From positions 868,001 through 892,426 of the forward strand of contig CP128821.1 in the NCBI GenBank assembly GCA_051546255.1: a DNA stretch of 24,426 bases. The letters are read 5' to 3'. This document shows positions 1 through 10,325 of this stretch, piece by piece. The notes beneath the pieces are model-generated. The model searched no databases. It was given only the letters and a program-made list of their open reading frames with translations, and was not told where the DNA came from. The stretch's first letter is position 1. Each line of letters begins with the position of its first letter. The translations under genes and the position numbers were made by a program. This DNA is from Meyerozyma guilliermondii. Its lineage: Eukaryota.

Positions 1-2289
1 TCAAACCATAGGTTAAACTTTTCGCATCGTCAAGAACGCAAACTACGCGATCGATGATGCTACTGATTCGTTTGAAACAAGAGAGTGACGGCTATCTGGC
101 CTCACGACACTGTTAGTAGCTGTACGTTGTGGGAGGTTGCACTGGGCAATCAAGAATGTGCACCTTGCCCTTGTTGAACCTGCTGAGCAAATGCGGCAGA
201 AGCTTGCATCACCGGCCAATACTACGTCATAGACGCAAAATAGCGCCTCTTGCAGCGATCGTCTTAATGAGTTTGTTTTTGCATAATACGAACACCAGTG
301 TTTGTATACAAATCATGAAAGTGAAACTTATAGACATAAAAAATAAGTGCTACAACTTGAAATTTGCAACCAAAATGACAAAATGCAGTCTACAGGTCGT
401 ATGATGAAGTCTGTCATATCGCGAAAAAAATTCCATATTACACAAATTCAGCAGCATTCATCACTATGACAATGCTTTTCGCAGGGTCTCGACCTTTTCG
501 TTGCCCCGTAAAACCTTGTACACGGCAATTATATGAAAAAGCGAATTCTGCGACACATGCAAGGGATGGCGCGCGTGCGGCGACGTGCATATTCGGGGTG
601 CAGCCATGCATAGTCGAGGTTTTCGAAACCGTTAAAAAATTTTGCGAAATAGGCTCGATGGTGAAATTCGCTGCACCATGGCATCAAGCTCACTTACACC
701 ATGCCGATGCTTCGCCCTGCTCTACAGAAATGGATCAACTGTGCCTCGGAATAGCGTCGTGGTAGGGGCCCGTATGCATAGTGATGCACTCGTCGATCTT
801 TCTTACATGCACAGACTGAGGCGGATGCATGTCGAGCAAACATGCTATTGAAGCAGATGAGGTTTAACCTACTTACAATGCGACCCCATTTTTTACACCT
901 GAGTGTTACAAATACAACCTGTTCTGCTTGGGTGAATCCAATTGCCTTTTGACGGACTTGGCCAGCTCTTTCAGGAGTACTTGGCACGGCTGTTCAAAGT
1001 TTAGTTGAGTATGTACATTTCAACTATTATTTCGCATGCACGAAAGGCACCCCTGGCCAGTGCTGTTATGCGATGGGCATGCGATCATGTCCCTTTGTTC
1101 CTGATAAAAAACATCAATTTGAGCCGACCTGAAATTGAATCTGAAAGTTGGTGAAATAGGAATCAAAGTGATTGTTTTGAACTGGTTGTCCTTTCGCCCC
1201 CAAAGGTTTCGAAGTGTAATGATCTCTTCTGGAACGCATGGAATTTTCGCCTATCAGACATTATGTTGAGGCGGACGGGTACTCACTATGACGCAGGGAT
1301 CCGCCTGTGCGGCTCTCATGATGCAGATAATAAACGGAATCTCGGGATTTTTCCAATCGGAGCGGACGACATGCCAAATCTCCTCATCCACTTGAGTTGC
1401 GCACGAGATAATGTTTGCTTGGCGGAAGCAAACCATTCTGAAGGAAGTTTTTCACTCTCGCACTAAAGGCTAAATTATGCTTTTTTGTTCCGCAGTGTTC
1501 GGGAATGAATCGAATTCTAGTGCGATTCGTAGCCTGTGAAGATCCCGAGGAGACTTTTAAAAAATGGTTCTTAAAGCTTTGTTGGAGCAATGGTCCACAT
1601 CAATTGAGTGATGATGAAAAACTTTGAAAATGTATTTTTGATGGAAATATATTTTTAATGCAACACATGGGACCATCAATGCAACTACGTTTTGACCTGT
1701 TCATGTATATGGCCTCATACATGGGAGGGGTGTTGCCAGAAAATATGGAAGGCTTACTTAGAGCTGGTCATGATTTCAAATGGCAAAAGGCAGAAAAAAA
1801 TAAGTCCACATGGTGTCGTTTGCTAAACTCGGGTGTACGCAATCCGGTGAGTTTTACCTGGCTGTCACAGGTCTATGTGTTACGAAACTAGTCTGCCTCT
1901 GATAATTTTGATTAACTTCAGACAACCAACTGACAAGAAACCTTTCAAGACTAACCACCATCCGCTCGGCAACAATGCGAAAGCATCATCACCAAAAGAG
2001 TATGTTATTCAGAAAGTGACACTCTATTTTGATCTACACATGTTCAGACGACTTCACTACTCCAATTGTGAGCATTTGTATGCAAAGTAACACAAAAGCT
2101 CGTTATCGCATTTCGCAGCTCACCCGAAAATGCCCATACTAATCTTCAATCTCGCGCGAGGTCGATTTAATATTTATCGCTATGCGAAACTGTCGCTCAG
2201 ATTACATCTTTACAACCTATATTAAAAGGCTGAAGACATGCGATTTGAAACAAACAATTCTCCCTTGAACAGTTATCTCCAGGCTTGCA

Positions 2290-3798
2290 ATGACAAATTT
2301 ACAAGCTAACAGCAATGTTCACAGATGGATCCCAAAGTCTCAAATTCCTTTGCTAGTGGTGGTGTCGCTCATGGCTCTCATAAACTCAGCTGTGCTCGGT
2401 TTTGATGCTTCTATGATAGGTGGCATACTCAATTTGCCAAGTTACAATGAGTACTTTGAATTGACTACCGCTACAATTGGTCTAAATGGTGCTTCCATGT
2501 GGATGGGAGAAATACTCTGCGTTTTGACGATTATGCAATGGTCTACCGATAAGCTTGGAAGAAAAATCTCCATATTGATAGGAACTGTGATCACAATAAT
2601 TGGCATAGCTATTCAAAGCGGAGCGCAAAACATTGCCATGTTTGTAGTGGGAAGAATCATCTTGGGTTTTGGAGCAGCTTTGGGCAACACCGCAGCACCC
2701 ACTTTGATCGCAGAGATCTCTCCTGCAAAGTATCGTGGTATACTAGTTGGTGGCTATTTTACTTGTTTTCAGGTTGGAGCTTTGGTGGCCAGTGGTGTCA
2801 CGTATGCTTCGAGAAACGCACTGGGTACATGGTCATGGAGAATCCCGTCTATTGTTCAAGGAGTTCCTTCGATTGCGTCGCTAATCTTGCTTTTTTTTTG
2901 TCCGGAATCTCCACACTGGCTTATAATGAACAACAGAGAAGAAGAAGCTATTGAGATTCTTTGTATTGTGGAAAACGTTGATGCTGTTGGCGCAAAGGCG
3001 ATAGCGAGAAAAATCGCAATTCTCGGTCAGCAGCTGATGAATTCGAGTGCAAATGTATGGAAGACGCTTTTGGTTCGGAGAGAAAATTGGTGCCGACTTT
3101 TCATTCTTGTCACTCAATCCTTTCTCAATGAATTTGGTGGGTCCAGTATCAGCAATTATTACTCGTTGTTTTTGGATCAGGCCGGAGTGACAGATTATAC
3201 TCAAAAGCTTCAGGTGGGTATAGTGATGAGTGCATGGTCTGTGGTGCTTGCCGCGTTCGGAGCCTATGCTTTTGATGTTATTGGAAGAAAAAAGCTGGCT
3301 CTCATTTCTCTCTGCGGAATGATCATTTGCAACTTTGTCATTGGAGGAATGATAAAAGCTTTTGAAGGCACCGAAAACCATTCTGGAAGCTATGCTACTA
3401 TATTTTTCTTCTTCATGTTCAACGGATTTTATGCCTTTACTTTCACCCCATTGAGTTGTCTCTATTCTGCTGAATTATTCCCTTACTCGACCAGAGTAGC
3501 GGGTCAGACATTCTACAAATTTTGGAACGAAGGATTGGGTCTTGCTGCTCAATTCGTGTCCCCATTTGGGCTCGATAACCTTGGTTGGAAGTTTTTTATG
3601 GTAATCGCAGGTTACAGCGTAATCTTTGTCCCGATAATTTACTATGTGTGGGTCGAAACCAAAGGAGTTCCCATTGAAGAAGTGGAAAAGCTTTTCCAGA
3701 GACCCAAAGCTGTAGATGCAGAAGCCAGTGACCCAGAGTCCGTAGCGGAGATAGAGAAAGAACTGGTGGTAGTGGGCGGTATAAGCGAGTGCAAGTAG
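2290..3798 (+). CDS. MFS sugar porter family transporter (502 aa); resembles LAC12/cellodextrin-type fungal disaccharide/hexose permeases
   Basis: About 12 hydrophobic segments. Sugar-porter signatures GFD..(GG), DKLGRK, GRIILGFG, AEISP..RG, WRIP..Q..P, PESPxWL, DVIGRK, Y.AE.FP...R and VETKG. Confidence 0.93.
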   Translation: MTNLQANSNVHRWIPKSQIPLLVVVSLMALINSAVLGFDASMIGGILNLPSYNEYFELTTATIGLNGASMWMGEILCVLTIMQWSTDKLGRKISILIGTVITIIGIAIQSGAQNIAMFVVGRIILGFGAALGNTAAPTLIAEISPAKYRGILVGGYFTCFQVGALVASGVTYASRNALGTWSWRIPSIVQGVPSIASLILLFFCPESPHWLIMNNREEEAIEILCIVENVDAVGAKAIARKIAILGQQLMNSSANVWKTLLVRRENWCRLFILVTQSFLNEFGGSSISNYYSLFLDQAGVTDYTQKLQVGIVMSAWSVVLAAFGAYAFDVIGRKKLALISLCGMIICNFVIGGMIKAFEGTENHSGSYATIFFFFMFNGFYAFTFTPLSCLYSAELFPYSTRVAGQTFYKFWNEGLGLAAQFVSPFGLDNLGWKFFMVIAGYSVIFVPIIYYVWVETKGVPIEEVEKLFQRPKAVDAEASDPESVAEIEKELVVVGGISECK

Positions 3799-3935
3799 CT
3801 ACCATATAAACTGATTTTGCAATTATCAGTAATACAAGATGCGAAGAGAATGAGTAAGAGTCCTGTAATTTAGTACCTTTCGAGTCTTTCTATTTGTTCG
3901 CTTTTAAAACAGTCGAGATCTTCACTAGTTGACAA

Positions 3936-3992
3936 TTTCGCAGCTACTTTTTCGCAGATTTCGCAGCGTATTTCGCAGCTTATTTCGCAGCT
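3936..3992 (+). repeat. Five near-tandem copies of TTTCGCAG directly upstream of the transcription factor ATG
   Basis: TTTCGCAG starts at 3936, 3950, 3959, 3971 and 3983. Confidence 0.85.
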
Positions 3993-4021
3993 ATCTGATA
4001 ACTATATTGTACTCACATCCG

Positions 4022-5890
4022 ATGTCCAATGTCAGAACTACACAACGAGTGCCTCGAGCTTGTCGAAAGTGTGCCGCCAAACGAATAAAATGCAATAAAA
4101 AGGTTCCTTGTGACCAGTGTATAAAGCGCAAAATAGACCATTTATGTGGTCGAGAAAAGGTAGTTGTAAAAGGGCAATTGAGAAACGAACCGTGGGAGTT
4201 TCGAGTGGAGGAATTGGAAACAGAAAATTCCAAGCTAAAGAACGAGGTTGAAGCATTGAAGCTGGAATTGAGTAGGGTTGAAGGTGGAAAAAGAAAGTAC
4301 ACAAAAACTACCTTTGATCTGTTCTTCACGGCGGTGCATTATGCCCTTCGAGGATTCGCCAGCGTTGAAGAAAGAGACCTTAAAATGACACCAGAGAAAG
4401 CTCTGCTCTTACGTGGCACTCTTACCAGACATATGTCAGAAACCCTTGTGAAACACAATTTCGATATGCTCTTTTGCTTGCATATGGCGGTGTACCCTGA
4501 ACACTTTTTTGTGGAACATGATAATTTTTGGAAATCCGGTACTGCTGACCAGGTGACTGGAATATTTGAGGGGCTCTCTCGTCAACAATGTCGATGGCTA
4601 GCTCTTTGGTATTCGTTACTCTCTTCTGCATTATTTTTTTCTGATGAAAATTTGACCCAAACTTTGGAAAGTTCTTCTGATGAATTGTTTCGTCTTGCAC
4701 AGGCTACCTTGGCAGCCAGCTTGGAGTGCCTCATGAAAGCAGAGTTTATGACCTATCCCGATATCACCACGGTTCAAATTTTTTGCGTTCTTTCGAGCTG
4801 CTTGAATGGCTTTGGTGGGTTTCATTTGAGCAATTGTCTCCTAGAAGTTGCAATCTACGTTGCCAAATCTCTCAATTTGAATCGGTTGGATAACGTGAAG
4901 AACCTCCACTTGTTTGAGCTTGAATTAGGGAAACGTATGTGGTGGACGTTAACGGTTATTGACTGGTTGGAAGATTTTAATAGAACACCATTGATTCGAC
5001 GAGGATCTTTTTCTACTGGAATTCCTCGAAACTACACAGAAAGTGAACTACTACTGAGAGATTCCGATGCCAACGAGTCTCAACTTTTCTTGCCAGTTAC
5101 GTTCCAGCTTCAGATGATCCAAATTGCAACAATCAAGAGAATGCTTTACTTTGACGACAATATCGACACCGTCAATGTAACGCAAGAAAAACTACAAGTG
5201 GCTCATGCTGAACTTAATGAGCTTCGCCGTTTTGCATTATTAATGCTAGATAATACCAAGCAAAAGCAAGGAGTATCGGCTTCTTTAGCTTTTCAAGAGT
5301 TTCTCCTACATTTACGTTTCTCCCATGAGTTGCTAGAGGTCAACCGGATGGCTGCAAATTTTCTACTGATGGCTGAATGGGAGTCAACTCATAGACTTGT
5401 TTGCTTGGAAAGTGCCCAAGCCATGATTAATCTTACATGTGACGATAGAAACAAACCATATCGAAAATTTTGGTTCGTTGCAGACCACTGTATGAGCTCG
5501 TGTATCTATCTTTTGGTCGATATACTATTCGTGTCTCCACTAAAAGATCCGGATGTAAGGCTTGAAACCGTGCAACGGTGTGTGCCGATCTTGGAGGATA
5601 TTCAAGATATTCAAATTGCCGGATCTGGAGGTCTACAACTCATGAAAAGACTACTTGATCTTGTGATAAAACAAACGAGTAACTATAGCTGGAATGATAC
5701 TGGTATGTCAGCCTTATTGGAGAAGTTGAACCTGGCTCCTACTATGCATGGAGGATTTCTGCACTTATTTGACAATTCACCAGCAAGAGACTTGGACTTG
5801 GATCTGAACTGGACTGATTTCTGGGACTGGATTGCAAAAAACCCTTCTGACCAGTTCAATATGGCGACCAATCAGCTTCCACCAGGGTGA
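4022..5890 (+). CDS. Zn(II)2Cys6 fungal transcription factor with coiled coil and middle-homology region (about 622 aa)
   Basis: Binuclear cluster CRKCAAKRIKCNKKVPCDQCIKRKIDHLC, heptad segment VEELETENSKLKNEVEALK, fungal TF motif ELGKRMWWTL, acidic/aromatic C-terminus DLDLNWTDFWDW. The ORF track starts at a TTG (3929); the first ATG is 4022. Confidence 0.93.
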   Translation: MSNVRTTQRVPRACRKCAAKRIKCNKKVPCDQCIKRKIDHLCGREKVVVKGQLRNEPWEFRVEELETENSKLKNEVEALKLELSRVEGGKRKYTKTTFDLFFTAVHYALRGFASVEERDLKMTPEKALLLRGTLTRHMSETLVKHNFDMLFCLHMAVYPEHFFVEHDNFWKSGTADQVTGIFEGLSRQQCRWLALWYSLLSSALFFSDENLTQTLESSSDELFRLAQATLAASLECLMKAEFMTYPDITTVQIFCVLSSCLNGFGGFHLSNCLLEVAIYVAKSLNLNRLDNVKNLHLFELELGKRMWWTLTVIDWLEDFNRTPLIRRGSFSTGIPRNYTESELLLRDSDANESQLFLPVTFQLQMIQIATIKRMLYFDDNIDTVNVTQEKLQVAHAELNELRRFALLMLDNTKQKQGVSASLAFQEFLLHLRFSHELLEVNRMAANFLLMAEWESTHRLVCLESAQAMINLTCDDRNKPYRKFWFVADHCMSSCIYLLVDILFVSPLKDPDVRLETVQRCVPILEDIQDIQIAGSGGLQLMKRLLDLVIKQTSNYSWNDTGMSALLEKLNLAPTMHGGFLHLFDNSPARDLDLDLNWTDFWDWIAKNPSDQFNMATNQLPPG

Positions 5891-5938
5891 TTGTATTGTT
5901 ATCAATCTCACGCGAAATTCTTCATACTAAAATCAGAA

Positions 5939-5995
5939 CTCGGCCGAGATTGCCAATTTGAAAAGCTACAAAAATGGTTTTGTTCCATATATAAG
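5939..5995 (+). promoter_or_regulatory. Putative alpha-glucosidase promoter: palindrome CTCGGCCGAG (inverted CGG/CCG) and TATA element TATATAAG
   Basis: Palindrome at 5939-5948 and TATATAAG at 5988-5995, about 35 bp before the ATG at 6029. CGG half-sites are typical Zn2Cys6 targets. Function is inferred. Confidence 0.45.
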
Positions 5996-6028
5996 TCCAG
6001 TTGCTGCTTTGAAACAACTAAATTTATA

Positions 6029-7696
6029 ATGACTGTCGACGAGGACGTTTGGTGGAAGAATGTTTCTGTTTACCAGATTTGGCCCGCTTCGTTCAAAGAT
6101 TCCAATGGTGATGGAGTCGGAGATATTCCAGGCATAATATCGACCCTTGACTATGTCAAAAGCTTGGGAGTAGATGTCATTTGGTTATCTCCAATGTACG
6201 AATCTCCTCAAGAAGACATGGGATATGATATTTCTGATTACCAAAAGATCCATGCGGCTTACGGTACAATGGAGAATATGGACAACTTAATACTGCAAGT
6301 ACATAAGAGAGGCATGAGGCTAATTCTTGATTTGGTTATAAACCATACCTCTGTTGAACATAAATGGTTCCAAGAATCAAGGTCGTCGAAATTGAGCCCA
6401 AAGAGAGACTGGTATATTTGGAAACCTCCAAAGTACGATGTCAACGGTAACCGTCTTCCTCCCAACAATTGGGCCAGTGTCTTTTCAGGTAGTGCTTGGG
6501 AGTACGATGAGTTGACGGACGAGTATTATTTGCATATTTTTGCCAAAGGACAACCTGATCTCAACTGGGAAAATGCAACTACGAGACAAGCGATATATGA
6601 TGAGGCTATTACATTTTGGTTGGAAAAAGGCATAGATGGGTTTCGTATTGATACGGCTGCAATGTACTCGAAAGACCAGACCTTTGAAGATGTATCTATT
6701 GTTAATCCAAATTGTCAATGGCAGCCTTGCATTAGCATGTATCAAAATGGACCAAGAATTCATGAGTTCCACAAAGAAATGAACGAAAAGACGTTTTCAA
6801 GATATGATGTTTTCACAGTGGGCGAAATAGGCAGTGCTGGTGTGGAAGAATCACTAAAGTATGTTAGTCTGAAAGCGAACGAACTCAATATGATGTTCCT
6901 GTTTGATATGCTTGGCATTGGAATTGGCAGGCCTCCTATTTCAAAGGACTTGGTAAGGTTCAAAAGAGTGATTAAAAAGAACTTTTTGTTGATGGACGAA
7001 GGAGATGGGTGGTCTACGTTCTATCTAGAAAATCACGATCAGCCTCGGTCAATTAGTGTTTTTGGTGATGATTCTCCCAAATATAGAGAACGATCAGGAA
7101 AGCTATTGGCGTTGTTGCAGACGACCTTGAGTGGTACCCTCTTCTTATACCAAGGTCAAGAAATCGGTATGACAAATATTCCTAAAGATTGGCCAATTGA
7201 GTGCTATGTTGACATCGAATCTAAAAATTACTTCAATGAAAATGGTATGGGATCTCTTGACCATATCAACCAACTAGCTCGCGACAATGGTCGAACTCCA
7301 GTTCAGTGGAACGGCTCCAAGAATGCAGGCTTTACTACAGGTGAACCGTGGATGAAGGTAAATGATAATTTTCCGGATGTGAACGTACAAGCTCAAGAAG
7401 GTGATCCAAAATCTCTCTTGGTCTTTTGGAGAAGGTGCTTAAAAATGAGAAAATTGTACAAGAATTACTTCATCCATGGAAAACTAAACATCATTGATGA
7501 GAATAATGAAGATGTTTTTTACTACTCAAAGCAAAGTGGGGACCGCTATGCTTATGTTGCTTTAAACTTTTCACGTTCTCGACAGAAGTTTGTTAATCAT
7601 TCCTCAAAAAATCTTCAGTTGTTGATTTCTAACGTTCCCTGTTCGGATTATCAATGGCTAGAGCCTTTCGAGGGAAGAGTATATCTAAATGAATAG
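6029..7696 (+). CDS. GH13 alpha-glucosidase (maltase/isomaltase family, about 555 aa)
   Basis: WWK..VYQIWPASFKDSNGDGVGD, DLVINHTS, QPDLNWEN, nucleophile motif DGFRIDTAAMY, acid/base GE, ENHDQPR, YQGQEIGMTN, RDNGRTP.QW. The ORF track starts at a TTG (5891); the ATG at 6029 gives the family-typical N-terminus. Confidence 0.96.
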   Translation: MTVDEDVWWKNVSVYQIWPASFKDSNGDGVGDIPGIISTLDYVKSLGVDVIWLSPMYESPQEDMGYDISDYQKIHAAYGTMENMDNLILQVHKRGMRLILDLVINHTSVEHKWFQESRSSKLSPKRDWYIWKPPKYDVNGNRLPPNNWASVFSGSAWEYDELTDEYYLHIFAKGQPDLNWENATTRQAIYDEAITFWLEKGIDGFRIDTAAMYSKDQTFEDVSIVNPNCQWQPCISMYQNGPRIHEFHKEMNEKTFSRYDVFTVGEIGSAGVEESLKYVSLKANELNMMFLFDMLGIGIGRPPISKDLVRFKRVIKKNFLLMDEGDGWSTFYLENHDQPRSISVFGDDSPKYRERSGKLLALLQTTLSGTLFLYQGQEIGMTNIPKDWPIECYVDIESKNYFNENGMGSLDHINQLARDNGRTPVQWNGSKNAGFTTGEPWMKVNDNFPDVNVQAQEGDPKSLLVFWRRCLKMRKLYKNYFIHGKLNIIDENNEDVFYYSKQSGDRYAYVALNFSRSRQKFVNHSSKNLQLLISNVPCSDYQWLEPFEGRVYLNE

Positions 7697-8901
7697 GCAA
7701 TTATCTCAATACAGGCAAAGACGAGTATTGTGTCTCTGATATTTACGAAGTAAGTGGAAGTTTTTGGTGAAACTCAAAGTACAGCTAGCCGCTTGCTCTA
7801 TGCAACATGACTACCAGCCACTAAAACCTTTTCAATTTTGCGGTCAAATGGTAAATCGTTATCTCAATGTGAATGGATTTACGATTGCGCCGTGCGCGAA
7901 ACTGATAGGCTGCAAATTTGTCATTTGATGTGCGTCCAAGCACTGAAAAAGTTGTTCTTGTTTCATGTTCGAAGTCATGGCAGCGAACCGAGGTCAGTTT
8001 TTTTTGGTGGAATTGAGTTGGTGCAACTTGAGAAATTGGGAAATTGAAGAGGAAAGCCATTAAAATTTTGCAATTATGACATTGGAACAATTCGACACCG
8101 TTATGATTGCTCTATGTAGTTCACGGGGTACCATGTGCTTAATTCTTTTCGTGGCTTTTTGTGTGTTTGTGGTGTGGTACAGTTGCTTACTGACGGGCAC
8201 AGGAAATTATTAGCGAGCGATTTACTCTTACGGTTTGTTGATAAAATTCACCCGAAGCGAATGGGTGAATAACCAAATCGCTGCATTCGAATTGAAGAGT
8301 TAATTAAACTCGGGTCAACTTAATTCAACTTCATCCATCTTGGTTTCAAAACTTCAATCTCTGAATAACCTCGGCTATTTTTGTGGTTCAATTTCCGTTC
8401 TGTCAGGCCACACTGAGCCGCTATATCCACACTTGTACTGTGGTTGACGGTTCCATCCGGGGTAGCGGCCAACTGAAGCGGCAACTGAGGCCTAGAATGT
8501 TGCAACTGCCTGCATTGCACGGCTCCAGTCTAAGCGCAATAACGGCCACAGATATCACGTGACAACAATGGCACCGTTTAATTCTTGACATGTGCAGAAG
8601 CTTTATGCGGCGACTTTGCTCGCAACCATACATACGTCAAACTGCCTGTCAGTACTAGAGGACAGTCAGATACGAGAGAAGCCTCAATGCCAAGAATTCA
8701 GTTGATTTGGTCATTGCTTGAAAAAAATGAACCAACCAACTTGTCATTATGTGGCTGCAAAAAATGCCTTGTTTGGATTTCGTCCGGAAAAACCGTTATC
8801 ACAGTACGGCACGATGGCTTAGGGTTCATTTCAAACTTGCGCTCACGGCTTTTCCGGTAACATACCCTACTATGGCTCTGGATCCACAGCAGCCGGTCCA
8901 T

Positions 8902-8909
8902 TATAAATA
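8902..8909 (+). promoter_or_regulatory. TATA box of the aspartyl protease gene
   Basis: TATAAATA starting 40 bp upstream of the ATG at 8942. Confidence 0.55.
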
Positions 8910-8941
8910 GAGCCCAAATTTCTATTTGATAGCAGCATTCA

Positions 8942-10114
8942 ATGCAGTTTAAATTTTCAGTTTTATTTTCCGTGGCCACCTATTTGGTCGCTTCCGTTGC
9001 CGGAGCAGCCGTTCCTAATCTCGAGGAAAGAGATTCCAAGTTTCTTCTGATTAGTTTTGAAAAAATCCAGGGTTCCGCTAACAGCCTGGTGGTGACCAAG
9101 AGAGGAATCTACCCCAACGACTTGCTCAATGAAAGAATTTATTATATCACTTACTTGGACATTGGATCCAACAAACAGAGTATTGGAGTTGATATCGATA
9201 CCGGATCGTCAGATTTGTGGGTTCCAGATGTCAATGCTGGAGGCCCTCATGGTTCTTGGGACTATGGATCGTATAACCCAGGTCAATCTTCAACGGCCAG
9301 AAACACCGGTGAACCTTTCCAAATTGGGTACGTCGATGGAACTCAAATTGAAGGAACTTACTATGAGGATACCGTGAGTCTTGGAAATTCTGTTCAGGCG
9401 ACAATTAAAAATTTCCAGTTTGCCGATGCCACCACTACCACTCTTGATTATGGGATTTTTGGTATTGGTCGTGATCTCGATGAAACAACTCAACCTTCCG
9501 TGTACCCTAATTTCCTCGACAGATTGAAGAGTGACGGTCTTATTGCTACTAAGGGTTACTCTATTTTCTTGAATGAGGCAGGTGCTAGTCAAGGAACAGT
9601 TATTTTTGGTGGAAAGGATTTGGACAAGATTGATGGACCACTTGTTGCTCAGCCAATTGTTAACGACCAAACACTTGCCATCACCTTAGGCTCGGTTACT
9701 GTTAATGGTCAAACTTTCCAGTCTGGAGATGACTCGGTTCTTGACACCGGTACCACTACTGCTGCCTTCACTCGTGAGCTTGGAGATAACATCTTCAGCA
9801 ATTATGACAACGCTAGGTTCAATGGAGACCTTGGTGTGTGGCTTGTGGACTCTGATGCAAACATTGACCAACCAGTTACTTTCAACTTTAACGGAATCTC
9901 CATCACCACTTCCTTGGCTAGCGCTTACACTAACGACGTCATTGACAAGTATGGAAACAGCTACGGACCAGGATTCAACATCATTGAGTACAACTTCAAT
10001 TTGCTTGGAGACATTTTCCTCTCTCAAGCATATGTTGTTTACAACTACGATGCTAACACTGTGTCTATTGCCAAGGCCAAGTTCACTTCTTCTTCCAACC
10101 AGGTTCCTCTTTAG
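8942..10114 (+). CDS. Secreted aspartyl protease (pepsin A1 family, Candida SAP-like), 390 aa prepro-protein
   Basis: Hydrophobic signal peptide, propeptide ending in a KR Kex2 site (VVTKR), catalytic DTGSSDLWV and VLDTGTT motifs, flap motif IGYVDGT, GIFGIG, LLGDIFL..AYVVY. No hydrophobic C-terminal GPI signal. Confidence 0.94.
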   Translation: MQFKFSVLFSVATYLVASVAGAAVPNLEERDSKFLLISFEKIQGSANSLVVTKRGIYPNDLLNERIYYITYLDIGSNKQSIGVDIDTGSSDLWVPDVNAGGPHGSWDYGSYNPGQSSTARNTGEPFQIGYVDGTQIEGTYYEDTVSLGNSVQATIKNFQFADATTTTLDYGIFGIGRDLDETTQPSVYPNFLDRLKSDGLIATKGYSIFLNEAGASQGTVIFGGKDLDKIDGPLVAQPIVNDQTLAITLGSVTVNGQTFQSGDDSVLDTGTTTAAFTRELGDNIFSNYDNARFNGDLGVWLVDSDANIDQPVTFNFNGISITTSLASAYTNDVIDKYGNSYGPGFNIIEYNFNLLGDIFLSQAYVVYNYDANTVSIAKAKFTSSSNQVPL

Positions 10115-10325
10115 TTTCTTAATTCTCTTTATGAATAAATGTTTCTTATCAATGGCTGCGAATTTTGTTGCAAATTGCTGCAAATGAGCACTAAAATTAC
10201 ATGTTCGCATATTTCAATGTTGCATATCTCAATTCGAACTCGAAATAAGGTTTAGCCGCAATTTCATTTGTTATCGATTACTAAGGTTGCCTTCAAGTCA
10301 ATTCCATTCCCTAAAAACATTCAGA

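Noticed and set aside
1..2289. Short ORFs (60-99 aa) on both strands and a cluster of CGG triplets near 1270-1500
   Set aside because: No recognisable domains, many non-ATG starts, and overlapping frames. Most likely a long promoter or intergenic region. The CGG triplets show no consistent spacing.
3929..4021. N-terminal extension of the TF ORF from a TTG start (similar extensions at 5891-6028 and 10287-10325; ATG-started extension at 19336-19506)
   Set aside because: These are ORF-caller extensions. They run through promoter-like elements (TTTCGCAG array, TATA, GATA block), and downstream ATGs match family or paralogue starts.
5890..5891. Apparent abutting or read-through fusion of the TF and glucosidase ORFs
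   Set aside because: The frames coincide across the TGA, but the 138 bp before ATG 6029 contain a TATA element and translate to non-family sequence. Chance is the simpler explanation.
8246..8270. Inverted repeat ATTCACCC-N9-GGGTGAAT
   Set aside because: An isolated 8-bp stem with no tRNA, snoRNA or transposon context. Too weak to call.
9686..10210. 174-aa antisense ORF and 160-aa alternative-frame ORF over the protease gene
   Set aside because: Shadow ORFs expected from biased codon usage of the real gene. No domain features.
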